This document shows, piece after piece, positions 8,889 to 11,404 of a stretch of DNA of 11,404 bases (position 1 is its first letter; the number at the start of each line of letters is the position of its first letter). The notes below the pieces were generated by a model. It saw nothing but the letters and a program-made list of their open reading frames with translations. It searched no databases and was not told the DNA's origin. The stretch comes from Candidatus Methylomirabilia bacterium. Its GTDB lineage: Bacteria > Methylomirabilota > Methylomirabilia > Rokubacteriales > CSP1-6. Both the position numbers and the translations under genes were made by a program. The DNA is taken from assembly GCA_041497895.1 (NCBI GenBank), contig JBGQHJ010000155.1, positions 1 to 11,404 on the forward strand, given 5' to 3'.

Positions 8889-10058
8889 GTGAACATCCTG
8901 CTCCTGAGCCGGGAATATCCGCCGCACGTCTACGGAGGCGCCGGCGTGGTGGTGGACCATCTGAGCCGCGCGCTCGCGCGCCACGCGTCGGTCGAGGTGC
9001 GCTGCTTCGGCGCGAACGAGCAGACCCATCCCGACCTGACCGTACGCGGCTACGCTCCGTGGGAGCGTCTCGCGGGCGGGCCGGAGGCGCCCTACGCGCC
9101 CGCGCTGGAGGCGCTCTCGGTCGGGCTCGCGATGGCGCGCGACCCGGTGGCGGCCGACGTGGTCCACAGCCACACCTGGTACGTGGGACTGGGCGGCATG
9201 CTGGTGCAGTCGATCCACGACGTCCCGCTCGTGGTCACCCTCCACAGCCTGGAGCCGCTCCGGCCGTGGAAGGCCGCTCAGCTCGGCACCGGCTACGCGG
9301 TGTCGAGCTGGGCCGAGCGCCTGGCCGTCGAGCGCGCCGACCGCGTCATCGCGGTGTCCGCCCAGATGCGCGCCGACATCCTCGCCCACTTCCGGGTGGA
9401 CCCCGAGCGCGTCGTGGTGATCCACAACGGCGTGGACGCGGAGGCGTTCGCTCGCACCGGAGACCGCGCCGCGCTCGCGCGCCACCGCGTGCGCGCGCCG
9501 TACGTGCTCTTCGTCGGCCGCATCAGCGAGCAGAAGGGGATCTTCCCGCTCCTCGAGGCGGCGCGCGCCCTGCCGGAGGGCGTCCAGCTCGTGCTGTGCG
9601 CGTCCAGCCCCGATACGCCGGAGCTCCTGGCGCGGCTCGAGGCCGGGGTGGCCGGCCGGCCCGAGATCCGCTGGATCAACGCGATGCTGCCCGTCGCGGA
9701 GGTCGTGCAGCTCTACAGCCACGCCGCCGTCTTCGTCTGTCCGTCCATCTACGAGCCCTTCGGCCTCATCAATCTCGAGGCGATGGCCTGCGGCACTCCG
9801 GTGGTCGCGTGCCGGGTGGGCGGCATCCCCGAGGTGGTCGTGGACGGCGAGACCGGCTGGCTGGTGGAGCCCGGCGATATCACCGCGCTCGGGCGGGCGC
9901 TCCGCGACGCGCTGGCCGATCCGGCGCGCGCCCGCCGCATGGGCGAGGCCGGCCGCCGTCGCGTCGAAGCGCAGTTCTCCTGGGGCCGCATCGCGGAGCG
10001 CACCCTCGAGATCTACCGGGACGCCATCGACGCTCACCGCCGGGCCTCGCCGAGATAG
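8889..10058 (+). CDS. glgM: Alpha-maltose-1-phosphate synthase (actinobacterial-type 'GlgA', GT4)
   Basis: REYPPHVYGGAGV, HSHTWY, HSLEPLRPWK..QLG.GY..SSWAE, FVGRISEQKG, ASSPDTPE and intact CPSIYEPFGLINLEAMACGTPVV. These are signatures of the GlgM family rather than classical GT5 glycogen synthase. Confidence 0.9.
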   Translation: MNILLLSREYPPHVYGGAGVVVDHLSRALARHASVEVRCFGANEQTHPDLTVRGYAPWERLAGGPEAPYAPALEALSVGLAMARDPVAADVVHSHTWYVGLGGMLVQSIHDVPLVVTLHSLEPLRPWKAAQLGTGYAVSSWAERLAVERADRVIAVSAQMRADILAHFRVDPERVVVIHNGVDAEAFARTGDRAALARHRVRAPYVLFVGRISEQKGIFPLLEAARALPEGVQLVLCASSPDTPELLARLEAGVAGRPEIRWINAMLPVAEVVQLYSHAAVFVCPSIYEPFGLINLEAMACGTPVVACRVGGIPEVVVDGETGWLVEPGDITALGRALRDALADPARARRMGEAGRRRVEAQFSWGRIAERTLEIYRDAIDAHRRASPR

Positions 10059-11404
10059 AACGCGGCGCTCCAGGGCGCCAGCTCCGACCAGCTCGCGGCC
10101 GGGAGGTTGAGCGCATAGAGGCGGCGGCCCCAGTCGGGGGCCGGGCCCGGGTGCCCGACCGCGGCCGCGCCCAGGTTGGCCGCGAGGCGCAGGGTCCCCG
10201 TCGAGAATGTCCAGGCCACCTCGAGCGCGCTCTCGCCCAGCGCTTTCCACGTGGTGACCGGCGCGCGCTCGCCCACGAGGAGCGGCACGATCGCCTCCGC
10301 CCGGCGCCGGAGCAGCGCGCGGTGGAACTCGAGCCATTCCGCGTGGGCGCCGTCGTCCCGCCGGCTCCAGTCGAGCACCGAGCGCTCCCGGGTGGTCGCG
10401 GCCTGCGGATCCGGAATGCGCTCGCGCATCGCGGGGCTCGCGAACTCCGGGAAGCACGCGAACTCGCGGCGGCGGCCCTCGGCCACCCGCGGGCCCAGGT
10501 CGGGCCCGAGATCGCTGAAGAAGAGAAACGGCTCCGGCGCGCCCCACTCCTGGCCCATGAAGAAGAGCGGCAGGGCGGGCGAGAGCAGCAGCACCGCGGT
10601 GGCGGCCCGTACCGCCTCCGGCGAGGTGAGCGCGGTGATCCGCTCGCCGCGCGCGCGATTGCCGATCTGGTCGTGGTTCTGGAGAAAGCTCACGAAGGCG
10701 GTGGGCGGCAGATCCGTGCTCGGCTCGCCGCGCGCGCGGCCGCGGTAGAGCGAGGGCTCGCCCTGGAAGGCGAAACCCTCGGTCAGGCTGCGCCCGAGAT
10801 GGGGCAGCGGCGGCTGGTAGTCCGCGTAGTACCCGCCGGCCTCGCGGGTGAGCGTCACGTGCAGCGCGTGGTGCACGTCGTCGTTCCACTGGGCCTGGTA
10901 CAGCGGGCGGCGCCCGCCCTCTCGCTTCAGGTACCGCGCCTCGTTGGCCCCGTTCTCCAGGATCAGATGGACGGGACGGTCCCGGCCGGGGCCGTCGGCC
11001 ACCGCGCGGCCCAGCTCCACCAGGAGATGCGCCGCGGAGGCGTCCACGATGGCGTTGACCGCGTCGAGCCGCAGGCCGTCGAGATGGAACTCCGTGAGCC
11101 AGTAGAGCGCGTTGTGGATCATGAACGAGCGGACGACCTCCGAGCCGGGCCCGTCGTAGTTGATGCCGTCGCCCCACTGGGTGCGGTGGCGGGCGCTGAA
11201 GAAGCCCGGCGCGTAGCGGTGGAGATAGTTGCCCTCGGGGCCGAAGTGGTTGTAGACAACGTCGAGGAAGACGGCGAGGCCGCGCGCGTGCGCGGCGTCC
11301 ACGAGCGCCTTCAGATCCTCCGGCCGCCCGTAGCGCGATTCGGGAGCGAAGAGCAGCACGCCGTCGTAGCCCCAGCCCCAGCGGCCGGGGAAATCGGCGA
11401 GCGG
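10034..11404 (-). CDS. treZ: Malto-oligosyltrehalose trehalohydrolase (GH13_10), 5'-truncated by the window edge
   Basis: The frame is open to the window end (PLADFPGRWGWGYDGVLLFAP). Motifs DVVYNHFGPEGNYL, GLRLDAV, LILEN, AQWNDDVHHALH, FLQNHDQIGNRARGER and FMGQEWGA..PFLFF. Confidence 0.95.
   Translation of the reverse strand, partial: PLADFPGRWGWGYDGVLLFAPESRYGRPEDLKALVDAAHARGLAVFLDVVYNHFGPEGNYLHRYAPGFFSARHRTQWGDGINYDGPGSEVVRSFMIHNALYWLTEFHLDGLRLDAVNAIVDASAAHLLVELGRAVADGPGRDRPVHLILENGANEARYLKREGGRRPLYQAQWNDDVHHALHVTLTREAGGYYADYQPPLPHLGRSLTEGFAFQGEPSLYRGRARGEPSTDLPPTAFVSFLQNHDQIGNRARGERITALTSPEAVRAATAVLLLSPALPLFFMGQEWGAPEPFLFFSDLGPDLGPRVAEGRRREFACFPEFASPAMRERIPDPQAATTRERSVLDWSRRDDGAHAEWLEFHRALLRRRAEAIVPLLVGERAPVTTWKALGESALEVAWTFSTGTLRLAANLGAAAVGHPGPAPDWGRRLYALNLPAASWSELAPWSAAFYLGEARR

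Noticed and set aside
8856..11177. 773-aa minus-strand ORF ending in an ATGA overlap with the DUF5752 start
   Set aside because: It is an off-frame reading of treZ followed by the antisense shadow of glgM, with an Arg/Gly/Pro-rich first half. The ATGA arises automatically from ATG AGC.

Overview
Very GC-rich bacterial DNA (roughly 70%+ by eye) holding a trehalose/maltose-1-phosphate/alpha-glucan cluster. The minus-strand run is treZ (5'-truncated), DUF5752-like protein, TreT-like GT4, Ggs/Mgs-like GT-A protein, glgE, treS and mak. An intact glgM (actinobacterial-type 'glgA') lies on the opposite strand between treZ and DUF5752. TreZ, GlgM, GlgE, TreS and Mak keep their catalytic motifs. The two central glycosyltransferase homologues are full-length and stop/start-coupled to glgE, yet both appear to have lost nucleotide-sugar-binding and catalytic residues. 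With DUF5752 they form a candidate non-catalytic (pseudoenzyme) sensor or scaffold module for the GlgE pathway, which is the main finding. The left end holds the 5' part of an MPG/AAG-type 3-methyladenine DNA glycosylase, an uncalled 47-codon ORF coupled to it, and a divergent 70-aa ORF behind a near-consensus sigma-54 promoter. All family assignments come from motifs recognised by eye against remembered consensus sequences; no database search was run.
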